Assembly: GCA_027923505.1 (NCBI GenBank)
Contig: BROI01000001.1
Location: 1,426,001 to 1,490,000, forward strand
DNA: 64,000 nucleotides
Source: Mayamaea pseudoterrestris
Lineage: Eukaryota
Reading direction: 5' to 3'
The position numbers and the translations under genes are program-made. The notes beneath the pieces were generated by a model. That model saw nothing but the letters and a program-made list of their open reading frames with translations. It did no database searches and had not been told where the DNA came from. This document shows positions 1-11,341 of the stretch, in pieces. Numbering within the stretch: position 1 is the first letter of the stretch; each line of letters opens with the position of its first letter.

Positions 1-466
1 GCGAAACGCATCCATGTCAGAAATCATGGTTTGTCCAAGGATGGTTATTACTTGGATGGACATCCATCGAATAATGCGTTGCCTATTCGTCTTCCAATGT
101 GCCGGTACTCCTCCTACCGGTAGATAAGGTTGCGTCTCGGATGCTGTGAGCAAGAAGCAAGACCGCCACAAGACCGAACGCACTCCAAAACCACATGAAA
201 CTAATAAGCCCCCAGAATATTTCCCGCGTCACTGCTGCTCCAAAACTTAAGCCTCCTTTTCACGTTTGAAGGGCACGTCAAAGGTTTGACGCAAACTCTT
301 CCCAAGCGTCAAACGGTTCCATCGAGTTTGCTACTGGTACTAATTAGCTAATGGAGCACACAAGTATTGTAATGCTGCACATGAAGCTAGGTTATACATG
401 TATTGGTAGAGACCATTACTTTTTTTATGTCCAAAAGATTTTATTCGTGCTTCGGCGGGGCTGGAA
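1..466. repeat. Diverged duplicate of 7379-7846 (copy A; probably continues left of the window)
   Basis: Long near-identical stretches are shared with 7379-7846, e.g. tgcgtctcggatgctgtgagcaagaagcaagaccgccacaagaccgaacgcactc and tgcttcggcggggctggaa. Confidence 0.92.
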
Positions 467-860
467 AAGAAGAAACGGACTCGCGCGTTGCGTCGTGCGA
501 GTCCCGGAACGATCTTGGCGACCGCGCCGGCGGCCTGCCGCGGCAGTTTTTAGTGCCGCTGCGAGTAACCGTCACTCGCTGAAAGCGACGATTGTTGGAG
601 GAACCATGGCAAGTAGTGCAACAACGGCTGCAGCTGCTAATCACCTACCGGTATACTCTTCTTGCCAGCTCTTGACTAACCTATTGAAAGCCTGCTAGTC
701 TAGTTTTGCTCGAATCTGATAGATTCGTGACTATTAGCTGATCGAGAGCTTCTAGCAAAGCCTTCAGGACCGCCCAAGTTTTCATCCGCACCGCAGAATA
801 CATTATCGAACAGCCCTCGTCAACAATCCGCTACAGCAGCTAAAAAAACCTCCACAAACA

Positions 861-3409
861 ATGGGTCAATCCGCTTCCAAAGTCAAATTCCGCGAATCCG
901 TCAGCGCCTTGATTCAGGTCGACGTTTCCGCCGACGATGCCGACTTTTGGGACGAGCTTTGGAAGATTCCATCCTCGGCGGCCGAAGTCTTTGAGTTGCT
1001 TCCAGCCGCCAGCGCCCGCAAGCTGCGGGACGAAAAGTTTGACAATTTAGCGACGCTCTTTACGCAGGCAGTGGCGCAGCTATGTCAGATTGTGGAGACG
1101 CCGTATAGTATTTACTTTGATCAGGCGTTGAATTGTGTCAGAGTCTTGACGAGGATTCTGCCATTTCTGCTGGAAAAGGGTACGTAGAGAGAAGAGAAGA
1201 TGTTTATTCTTTGTAAAATCAAATGCTAATATATTCAATTCCCATTTTCCATTTCACTGCAGGAGACTTGGGAGAAGCCGACGAAAATGTAGAGCAGCTT
1301 TGCTGGGGAACGGGTGGACCCAATCCAACCGACGAGCGGATCGGTCTCATGATTGGCGGAAACGAACTAGGCACAAGCCAGCAGGCTCCTCCATCCGTCG
1401 CCAAGCATCGAGCAGCTCTGCTCAAGGAGCAGGAGGACGAATTGAACCATCGCAACGACAATGAGGATGAGCAGGAACCATTGGCACTGCTGGTGGTGCA
1501 TGCGGCCATGCACATGCTGTTTCTGCCGCAATTCACATGCGACTTTTACGAGGATGCGTCCATTTCCAAGGACCCCCGCGGCAAGAATGCCGTCAAGACG
1601 AAGCGGCGCGCGGAAGATCCAGCGGCAGCCAAGGATGATCGCGAACTAAAGGCGGAAGCTGGATTGCGCGAGCGCAAGGTGGACTGGGGCGTTTCACTTG
1701 ACGCGGTTCCGGCCAGCATTGTGTGGGCACCAGGCGCTGGCGTTGTGGCGGCGGATATGGGCTACGATGCCAGCACGCGCAAGTATGATAAGAATCGAGT
1801 AGAAGTGTTGCGACTCATGCTGGCGGCGTGCTGCGATCCACTCTTTAGTCCGGCGGACGAGTACAATCCGCTGGCGAGTCGATGGTTGGCGGTGGCAACC
1901 GCAGCGGATGCGCCGAATGCAATTTGTCTCTTTTACAGTTTATTGAATACCATTGTAACGTATGATACAAGGCATTTGCCCGTGGCGGCTGGGTTCTCGG
2001 AGGGACATCACGTGAAGCTTGTGGAACTCTCGGCGCAGGTGCTTTGCGTCTTGCTGGACTGCGGACTACCAGGCCATCCTGATCCAGTCGTTGATCAGAA
2101 CGAGTCGCCTTGCGTCGAGTTTGAAATTGCCTCCAAGGGTGGATTCAACATATTTCGGACACTGTTAGCGAGGATTGATACCAGCCGTGAACTGACCTTG
2201 ATTTACGAAGGGTTCGCCCGGTTATTGCGCAACGTGTACGAAGCCGAATCGACGTACATGGGCGGTGTCAAGTTGCAGTGCTTTCAAGAGTTGCTTGTGT
2301 TGTTTTGGAAGTTTTTGGAGGAGAATCCCCTTTTTATGAGTCACATTCTCACCAGGTGCAATGTGAATGATATTATAGTACCAATTTGTTTCCTCATGTA
2401 CAAGAGTCGACGCGACCCGGCGCAGATTGGATTGGTGCATATCTGCACGTTTGTACTCCTGAAGCTATCTGGTGAGCGCTCATTTGGAGTGTGCCTGAAC
2501 AAGCCTTTCAACGTCAAACTTCCGACGGACTTGCCTCTTTTTCACGGTTGTCATGCCGACTTGCTGACGATTACTTTGCACAAATTGGTTGTCAATGGTG
2601 CATACAAACTGGTGCCATTGTATTCGTGCTTTTTGACGATCATTGCCAACACGTCTCCGTACTGGAAGTCAATGAGTCTGGTCGCTGCAGTGAAGTTGGT
2701 TAATCTGTTTGAGCTATTTTCGTCGCCCAAGTTTCTCTACTCGGGCGAGTTTGCCTACCGTCACCTTGCACTATTATTGGAAGTCTTCAACAATATTGCT
2801 CAATATCAGTACCATGGGAATGCTCATCTTGTCTATGCGATTGTTCGACGAAAGGATGCGTTCGGACAGCTCGTTTCCTTGAGTTTGCAAAAGGCACAGG
2901 CGCAATGTCACAAGGTATACGGCGATCAAACCACGGTTGCAAGAGACGTTGACGCGCAGCCGGTGAGTTTGGATACAAAAGGCATTCCAAATTTGACGAA
3001 TATGCCTTCGGACGAAGACAACTCGCAATCGCAGTCGAGTAGTGTAATCGGAACACCCTTCCAACCGACCGCCGAGTGGCTTGAGGAACTGAAGGCAAAT
3101 CTACCTATGGAGACCGTGACCCGTCTCCTTCAGCACCTTGTTCCAGTGGTGGATGAAATTGTTGCGCGCAAAGCGGGTGTCGTGGACGAACAAGAGATTC
3201 TCAACGTACTCAACGAGATCACCATGGTTGGACTTTTGCCGGTGCCACACCCGATTGTCATTCGCAAGTACCAACCAAACCAATACACCGCATTGTGGTT
3301 CACGGCGTTCATGTGGGGCGTCATCTTTCTTCGTAATCAGTCATTGCCTCTGTTCGACGGACAGTGCATCGAGTTGTTTCAAGTGTCTGTGCAAGATGAA
3401 GAAGATTAG
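861..3409 (+). CDS. HID1: HID1/Ecm30 family Golgi protein; exons 861-1179, 1263-3409
   Basis: MGQSAS N-myristoylation-type start; motifs ALNCVRVLTRILPF, LLKLSGERSFGV.LN, QY.GN..LVYAI, PHPIVIRKYQPN and WF..FMWGVIF. The GT-AG intron 1180-1262 joins the two ORFs in frame. Confidence 0.9.
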
Positions 3410-3803
3410 TCTAGACATGATTTTGTTCAACTTCATGTTTCGTCTACTACATGTTACTTTAATCATATTATTTATAGTTGAACCATAAGCCTACCCAATA
3501 GCTTCTCGAGTAAGCATGGAATGTGTGAACAGTAAACGCCAACGTTCCTAGAAAAATGGGCCTGGCGCCCCTTACCTGCATCTCGCTCGACAAACTCGGC
3601 GTTTCAAAGCACATTCTTTGTCGCCTCCCAAAGTTCAAGCAATATATGTCTTCGAGACAGTGGTAGTGGGCAACTCCATTATTTTCGGCCTTTGCAGGCC
3701 AAAATCGCTTTCGTCAAAGGGTTGCCGCGAATCCGCAATTAAAAGTTGTTCTCCCGCGGCAGAACTGCACCCAATCCAAACATAATATCAGAAGCGCTAG
3801 AAA

Positions 3804-4682
3804 ATGAATATTCATCCGGGCGACCATGTCTATCGTTGGGTGCGTTGCCACTCATGTGGGCACTACCAAACCTTGCAGCATCATCGTATCGTCTTGGATG
3901 TATACTTTGACTCCGCCATTCACGACTGGATGATTCTGACAGCCGACTTTGCCAAAGAGCGTCGGGCACAGTATCGTGCCTCTTCTGCGAACTTTTTAAA
4001 CCTTCCTGCGCAAGGAGATCGTCGCCCTGCAGCACGCAAATCGCTTGCGAGCGAGTGGACCAAGGTGACATACAACTCGCGCAACGTTGAAAAGATATTC
4101 ATTCAAAGCGGCTCCAGCACAACTGTTGCAAGCGACTCACCAGCACGAGTGCTACAGCGGGTCAATGTACTGCTCAAAAGCCATGCCAAGGTCTCCAACT
4201 CGTTTCGTAGTAGCTGCGAATGTCTATGCGTCTGGTGCAAGACGGGCATGTTCAAGACGCTGCAGGCTGCATCCTTTGCGCATATCATGCGACGGGAGCG
4301 CCTCGACACGTTAAAAGTGTTGGCCGGCGCCGCCGCCTTGATAGCCGCCACACAGTTTGTGTTTTGGCAGTGCATTGGAAGCGACGTTGAAGCGTCCGTT
4401 GACGTGAACTTTCCAGCGCTAGTGGCAGCCTCGGAGGTCAGTGAAATGGCAATCAAGGCAGTCTTGTTCCGCGGGATTGTGATTGTCACAAAGGATTGGG
4501 AAGCACCAGCCATGGAGAAGAAAGTTGATGCTCAGTCGATGAAGCCGGCAAGAAGAAGACGCAACAGGTCGCATCGGTCGAATTGTCGGCATTTGACAGC
4601 AAAGCAGGAGCGTAAGCGTAATGAAACTGTGCGAGTTCGAAGAAAAATTTTACAGCCGGCACCAATTCGTCGTTTAGTATAA
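3804..4682 (+). CDS. LRAT/NC-domain-like protein (divergent)
   Basis: GDHVYRW...HHRIV and SCECLCVWCKTG resemble the LRAT GDHI.W/HHGI/NCEHF..WCKTG motifs; a hydrophobic segment follows. Confidence 0.65.
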   Translation: MNIHPGDHVYRWVRCHSCGHYQTLQHHRIVLDVYFDSAIHDWMILTADFAKERRAQYRASSANFLNLPAQGDRRPAARKSLASEWTKVTYNSRNVEKIFIQSGSSTTVASDSPARVLQRVNVLLKSHAKVSNSFRSSCECLCVWCKTGMFKTLQAASFAHIMRRERLDTLKVLAGAAALIAATQFVFWQCIGSDVEASVDVNFPALVAASEVSEMAIKAVLFRGIVIVTKDWEAPAMEKKVDAQSMKPARRRRNRSHRSNCRHLTAKQERKRNETVRVRRKILQPAPIRRLV

Positions 4683-5833
4683 AGTTGTGAGAAAAGGTAG
4701 TGCATTTCCTTGTTTTCGCTGTAGACAAAGAGTTGTCCACCTCTCCCTCGGCTCTATTTCCGTCACGCGTCACGCTGCGTTTGTTCGTTTCCAGCGTTTC
4801 GTCAAGCTCTTAGCAATATTATCCTGCTGTATAAATCAACAGCACATCATGATCCTATTCTTCTTGAAAAAGGCCCGCCGCGATCAGCCTTTGCATTGGT
4901 TCCAATTGTTGTCTGCTTTTTGTGACGACGAGACATCGAGTCAATACCAATGGTCAATGCGATAGATGCATAGCCTGCCAACGAAATCATTCGCCAAAAT
5001 TCAACGACCAGACGAATCTGCTTGCATATTTTGATGAACTTATGAGGAAGACTTGAACGTTCATCGGCCCATCAAGTGCCATGGTATGATTGCGGAGCGA
5101 GCTGCTCGTGTGTCATGTTGTTGGCGAATTTTCGTTTCAATCGTGTCACGCTTGTCGACAAGCACTCATTTCGCTAGCTCTTCCGTGCTATTTTGACTTG
5201 ATAGTCCAAATCGACTGGTCTTGAGCTGAAAGTAATATAGTTAATTACAGCAGTACAGAGTCTCTGCACATAATAGAGGAAAGTCATAGAACTTATGATG
5301 CATCAAAGTCGCGACATGATTGACACCACACTTTGTGAAGGTTTGAGTAGTATTCGCAAATGTAGCCAAACTCTGCTCATCGTCGCGCAGTTGTCTCTTG
5401 ACCAATGATTCTATTCGCTCGCAGAACCGCGGAGTATACACGAATGGAGTAAACTGACTCAATTGTATAGCCCTCACCGAAGGGCAATGATTCACAGCTG
5501 AAATGGAGTGTACGCATCAGTAGTACTCAATTACCTTGTTGGCGTCGGCGTGACGCCCATGACATCACAACTATTTATCAAAAGCTCGAAGTTGTTTTTG
5601 GGCAATAGCGGAAAAATCGTGCCATTTTATCAGAAGCTGCGCCTTCGCGTTCCCTTTTCACTGTCATCGATCAAACATGACATGCCATGCACCCACACGA
5701 TTTGTACTCGCTCCACGGGCCGATCAACAAGACGAAAGCACGGCCGCGATACCGAAGCCATACTCCTCCATCCACTCACAACCAACACTATTGCCTACCC
5801 AGAAGCACCATTATACCGGCAATTTGAAAGCAA

Positions 5834-7153
5834 ATGAGTAACTCACAGCTTCCTTGTGAAGATTTAGATGCGCATGTCATGCGAAAAGGCACCTTTAGAT
5901 CGCCGCTGCAGAGTCCGGAAAGTCCAGAAGGAAAGGAAGCAGAGATGCAAAACTCTGCGAGCTCGAGCAACGACGAGTCGAAAGGTGCTGGCTCCTTGAG
6001 TGAGCAGCAAGAATCTATCAATCCAACTGCAATGCCTTCTCATAGTGCCGTTCCAAGTCATATGCCAAGTATTGTTGAGCAAGGTGCATCGAGCACTGCT
6101 GTTGCGGAGGAGCCTGCCATTGTTGACTCGTCTGATGCGCGATATGAAAACATGATCCAGGGTCTCATTGATTTTCAGCGTCTGCACAACTCGCTTCAGA
6201 TTCCTCGAGGTTATCGTTGGAACAATCGCAATCTTTACGAGTTTTGCAGAAACCAACGAAAGCATTACCTGAATGGCTTGCGAGGCAAGACACCGGCGCT
6301 TCTTCCGAAACGTATCGCACGACTCAGATCGATTGGGTTTGAGCTTGATCCAACGGGAGTACAGGGACATAATGATGCGTTTGATGATCGTCGCTGGGCA
6401 GTCATGTTCCAAGGCTTGCATGAGTTTTACGCCAAGCATGGACCAGGAACAATCGTTCCGACTGGCTATCTTTGTGACAATAAGAGCTTGCATGATTGGT
6501 GTCGCCATCAGCGCAAACAATACTCCACCATTGTAGACGAAAAACCTGTATTATCGGCCGAGCGAATCAAGCGTCTCCGGTCCATCGGGTTTGATCTGGA
6601 CCCGACCAACCGGCGTCAGGACAGTCGATCAGAAAGTGAGCGCTGGGAATCAATGTTTCAGGCTCTGCTAGAGTTTCGTAAACAGTTTAATTCATTTTCA
6701 ATACCTGAAGGCTACATGCACGACGGTCGGTCGCTGTTTAGCTGGATTCAGAACCAACGCCGCTTGTATACAAATCATTTGAAGCATCACTCCCCGGCCC
6801 TGCTGCCGGAGAGAGCCATGCGTCTTGAAGCCATTGGATTCGATTTGATGCCTCGTCGATCTAGTACGAATTCTCCGAGCTTGAAACGCAAGAGTAGCAA
6901 TGATTCGTCCGAGTGTGGTGACGCTGCAGAAGGCGTAGAACACGCCGTACCGAAACATCCAGCTTGGTCTGGTCAGTCGACACCTGGAGCCGTCGCACAG
7001 ACGTATCCGTCACATTTGCGTCCAAATCCCTTACATGTGACTCCTGCATGGGTCTTGCCACTTGTGAATGCCACAATCGCCAAGTACCAAGCCATGTCGC
7101 TGGAGGAGCGACTGCAGATTGTCAAGGCCTTCGACAAGAGCTTGCACCTTTAG
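5834..7153 (+). CDS. Helicase-associated (HA) domain repeat protein, three repeats
   Basis: Three repeats of W..MF..L..F...H....IP.GY......L..W...QR..Y......L..ERI..L.SIGF. Confidence 0.85.
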   Translation: MSNSQLPCEDLDAHVMRKGTFRSPLQSPESPEGKEAEMQNSASSSNDESKGAGSLSEQQESINPTAMPSHSAVPSHMPSIVEQGASSTAVAEEPAIVDSSDARYENMIQGLIDFQRLHNSLQIPRGYRWNNRNLYEFCRNQRKHYLNGLRGKTPALLPKRIARLRSIGFELDPTGVQGHNDAFDDRRWAVMFQGLHEFYAKHGPGTIVPTGYLCDNKSLHDWCRHQRKQYSTIVDEKPVLSAERIKRLRSIGFDLDPTNRRQDSRSESERWESMFQALLEFRKQFNSFSIPEGYMHDGRSLFSWIQNQRRLYTNHLKHHSPALLPERAMRLEAIGFDLMPRRSSTNSPSLKRKSSNDSSECGDAAEGVEHAVPKHPAWSGQSTPGAVAQTYPSHLRPNPLHVTPAWVLPLVNATIAKYQAMSLEERLQIVKAFDKSLHL

Positions 7154-7378
7154 TAAACTTCAACCGTGGTTCCGTAGTGGAGCAAGCGAGAACGAGGCGA
7201 GCATACTTTACAGCTATCCGCGTTTTAGATGCTTACTGATTTTGACTATAGAAATTGGAAAAGTAGAACCAATGGCATTGTAGACCGAGACGCTACAGCC
7301 GGCAGCCAGTCAGTCCATTAGCTTGCCGGCAGTGAGTCCGCTCACCGTGCCCATCGCTCCTGCTAAGTTTCGCAAGGG

Positions 7379-7846
7379 GCGAAATGCATCAATATCAGAA
7401 AGCAATGGATTGCCCATGATGTTTATTATTTGGATGGACATCCATCGAATAATGCTTTGTCTATTCGTCTTCCAATGTGCCGGTACTCCTACATACCGGT
7501 AGATATGATTGCGTCTCGGATGCTGTGAGCAAGAAGCAAGACCGCCACAAGACCGAACGCACTCGATAAACAATTCAAACGATTAAGCCCCCAGAATATT
7601 TGCCGCGTCACTGCAGCTCCTGCTTTTAAGCCTCCTGTTCACGTTTGAAGGGCACATCAAAGGTTTGACGCAAACTCTTCCCGTGTCAATCGGTTCCATC
7701 GAGTTTCCTAGTTCTTGTACTACTTAGCTAACGGAGCACACAAGTATCGTTATGCTGCACATGAAGCTAAGTTATATTTGTATTGGTAGAGACCATTACT
7801 CTATTCATATAGAAAGGGTTTCATTCATGCTTCGGCGGGGCTGGAA
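7379..7846. repeat. Duplicate of 1-466 (copy B); overlaps the last codons and 3' flank of the D-LDH gene
   Basis: Direct alignment by eye with 1-466. Confidence 0.92.
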
Positions 7847-9629
7847 TGCAATTGTTTGGATGGTCCATCATGCGCTTTCCCTCCTGAAAGTCCACGATGT
7901 TTTCAATCGTTGTGCTGACAATCTTATCGACCGCCTCCTTCGTAAAAAAGGCTTGATGGGCAGTCAGTATGACATTGTGTTCGCCCAACAGCGCCCTCAA
8001 GTCTGGATCTTCAATCTGATCCGCGGACCAGTCTTGGAAAAAGTAGTCGGTCTCATTCTCGTAAACATCCATACCCGCGCCACTGATAATTCCTTCGTTG
8101 AGTCCCTGCAAGAGTGCCTTGGTATCCACCAATGCGCCGCGCGAAGTGTTGATGATTGTGACGCCTCGTTTCAACTTGTGCAGCATGTCCTTGTTGATTG
8201 TGTGCTTTGTCGCATCCAGCAATGGCATCATGAGAAATATGACATCCGACTGTGCGTATAGCTCGTCCTGTTCCACGTAGACACCGCCTTTGGCCACAAC
8301 GTTTTCGTTTTCTGAAAGGTCGTAGCAAAGTAGCTTGACGCCAAAGCCGGCCAGAATGTTGCAGAGAATCTCGCCAATTCTGTAAAAATACGATGAAATG
8401 GTTAGCCGACAGAAGATTATGGTTCCTCGGAGCTGTAATCAACGACCAATCCTTTCCTCCACTAATTCCGAACAGAGATGATTTGCTCACATACATGAAC
8501 ACGTGAACGCTACAACATTTTCAAAACGTCAAAACACTCATTATTTAACCCACCTTCCCGTTCCCATGACACCAATCGTCTTGCCATGCACGTCAAACCC
8601 AAGCAGACCCTTGTCCAGCGTAAAGTTTGCCATTTTGACGCGATTATTCGCCTTGGTAATCTTGCGGTTCACCGCCATTAGTAAACAAATGGCCATTTCC
8701 GCCACTGCATACGGACTATACGCCGGCACACGCGCCACTGTGATATTGTAGGCGCGCGCCGCTTTAATGTCGATCCGATCGAAGCCAGCCGCGCGCTGGG
8801 CAATCATTTGCACGCCAACCCGCGACAACGTCCTCATGACATGTTCATCGGCAGTGTCATTGACAAAGGTACAGACAACGTCAAAACCAGCCGCCTGAAT
8901 GGCAGTCTTGCTTCCGAGACGCTCCGAGGTATACTCCATGTCAATGTGAACGTCGGAACTCTCGTTGAACTGCTCCAGCGCCGGCTTGAAGCCTTGCACC
9001 ACCCACGAGGTGGCGTCGTAGCAAAGGACGCGAATTTTGTTGGATGACTTGGACGACTTGCCCATTTTGCTGCTACTTCCACGCAACTTATCCATGAGCG
9101 ACTTCAATGACTTGGTTCCGGATCGCAACTCGCGCGACATGCAGCTCATGAATTCCAGCGCAAATTTTTGATTGGACGACACCAACTGGCGAAAGGCTTG
9201 ACCCTGCACCAGAAACACCGTGACGGGTCCGCGCGCACTAGCCGTGGCGTAGACGCGGTGTCCCTGCTCCATGGTGTGCAGCAAGCCGGAGACGCGGCCG
9301 CGCCCTTGGATTTCGTCAATCAACACCGAGTTTTGTGTAATCTTGCGACTCGCCTCGTTGGGGTTCCCCTGCTTGATGCTGGTCAGCAGGTCGAGCTTGT
9401 CTGTGGAGGCGCTCACACTCAACTTGGTGCGGGCCAGTGTTCCTTCCTCGAGTATCAAAAAGTGCGACAGCTCCGTTCCTTCCTCCATGAACAAGTGTCC
9501 GTCTTCGGTGGACAGTGGTTCCATGAGCTTGGCAATGGCATCCTTGAATTCCGAACTGCAGGATCCAAACCATGTCGTGTCGTTGAGTAGCTCGAGGGCA
9601 CGCTTATGCTGCTCGTCATCCTTGGGCAT
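7821..9629 (-). CDS. D-lactate dehydrogenase (LdhA-like D-2-hydroxyacid dehydrogenase) with an N-terminal cNMP-binding-like domain; exons 9629-8554, 8379-7821
   Basis: FVND.AD, RAAGFDRID, RVPAYSPYAVAE, GVMGTG/RIG (split by intron 8380-8553), INTSRGALVD, GMDVYENE and TAHQAFFT. The N-terminal ~160 aa has a CAP/cNMP-like pattern. Confidence 0.9.
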
Positions 9630-10109
9630 GGCTCCTGGTGAAACTACTCGATACAATGCAATGTAGATGCTTTTGAATAGTTAGATTAAAAACAAGACAA
9701 TATAATGTGTAAGATTGAGACGGCAGCATCAATGATGAACGAATGATCCATCATGAATCTTGTTCGTTTCTTCCACAGCAACAGCAACTGCTGCAAAATA
9801 TGCACAGCTCATTGGATCAACCGACAATAACTGTACCTTTACTGTCTCCTTTCTTTCCTTGCTTTATTGTCTATGCAATGCTTGTCTTTCGTCGTCGTCG
9901 CTTGGCTGCCTTCTCGTCCTGCCGATGCCGAGCGAATCCATTTCGGATTTCCTGCCGCGCTGGCGCGGTGGAAACGAGAAGCCGCGATGCGACATAATGA
10001 CGTTTTGACTGATATCTTGGAGTTTTCCACCGACTAAACAGTCCATGGAACGACGACGCTGAATCAAGACGAGCAGACGAGGCAACGACTACTCAACTAT
10101 ACATAATCA

Positions 10110-11165
10110 ATGAACACACAAGCTATGATTGCTCTCGTGAAAGACGAAGTTTGGCCGTCAAACTTGCTGCTCTTGATGCTCAAGACCTTTGTGATTGGTT
10201 TTGCCTGCTCGTTGGCTGCACTTGTCTGGATCAAGCGTCGTCAGGTGAAGCAACAAAATGCGCAACAAATTAACGATAAGAAAGACAAGAATCAAATAAA
10301 GAATGACTCAATTCGCGTTGCCTTTTTAGGCAACTCCATGCTTTACTTCAACGACTGTCCTCGCCTTGTGGAACGAATGCTGCAATCGAACTACCAACAT
10401 GTCTATCAAGATTCATGCTTACGCGGAGGCGCATCGCTCCAAAGTTTGTTCAAGGACGGAAACGGCATGCGTCAAACCTTTGCCACGCCTCCAGCGCTCC
10501 GCGAGGATGGTTCGCACGACATTGGAGCGCCATGCGTTCGTGCACTGCTGCAGTCGCAAACGTGGGATTTTGTCGTTATGAATGATCACACGCAGGCTCC
10601 GGCGCGAATAAAGACGCGTCAGGAAACAAGTGAGGCCTTGCGCGAATTGTATGCACCGTTGATGCTTCACCTGGAGCAGCACCATGCAACGTCTCCTTCG
10701 CCTCCGATTGCCATTCTAATCCAAACACCAGCCTACCGGTATCCCAATGTCAAGCACTCGGATGATCTTGGCAACTTTGACTCATTCACTCAAAAGCTAA
10801 CTGCAGGCTACCAAGAGTATATGGAAACGCTCGAGGCAGCTGGAGTCACGAGTCGCATTGCGCCCGTCGGCCAAGCCTTTCGTCACGTGCGAAACCAAGA
10901 TGCCGAATTGTGGAGCAAGCTCTACTGGCGCGACGACTTTCACTACTCGCCGTCCGGCACTTGGTTGCAGGCGTGCGTGATTTACTGCACCATGACGCAA
11001 AGCGATCCGCCAGTGTTACAGCCAGAGTGGTGGACATGCTGTCGGCGCATGCAGCCTGACAATGAAACGCCACTGCCATTGCCGAATGCAGAGGAAGCGG
11101 AAGAGTTGCGACAAGTTGCCATTCAAGTATGCAAATCAGTGAGGGCACAGTCGATTGTGCGATAA
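10110..11165 (+). CDS. SGNH/GDSL hydrolase-like protein with N-terminal TM anchor
   Basis: VAFLGNSM (block I Ser), WDFVVMND, APVGQAF and DDFHYS (DxxH-type block V); hydrophobic N-terminus. Confidence 0.75.
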   Translation: MNTQAMIALVKDEVWPSNLLLLMLKTFVIGFACSLAALVWIKRRQVKQQNAQQINDKKDKNQIKNDSIRVAFLGNSMLYFNDCPRLVERMLQSNYQHVYQDSCLRGGASLQSLFKDGNGMRQTFATPPALREDGSHDIGAPCVRALLQSQTWDFVVMNDHTQAPARIKTRQETSEALRELYAPLMLHLEQHHATSPSPPIAILIQTPAYRYPNVKHSDDLGNFDSFTQKLTAGYQEYMETLEAAGVTSRIAPVGQAFRHVRNQDAELWSKLYWRDDFHYSPSGTWLQACVIYCTMTQSDPPVLQPEWWTCCRRMQPDNETPLPLPNAEEAEELRQVAIQVCKSVRAQSIVR

Positions 11166-11341
11166 AGCATAAAATGCAACCTCTTCAATGAACTTTTCTA
11201 AGTCGGGCATCCAGCGCTCGTCTACGATTTTATAGGCTAAAGGCTGTTGTTAAGCGGTAATTCTGCAGTCATTACAGTTATTGCTCATTGCATTTGAAGA
11301 TAAGAATATCTGCCATAGCGTGTCGACCATCATATAACTGA

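Noticed and set aside
3568..3710. U1 snRNA-like words (cttacctg ... gtggtagtggg) and a small hairpin
   Set aside because: The spacing is too short, and no U1 loop I/II or Sm site is recognisable; likely chance.
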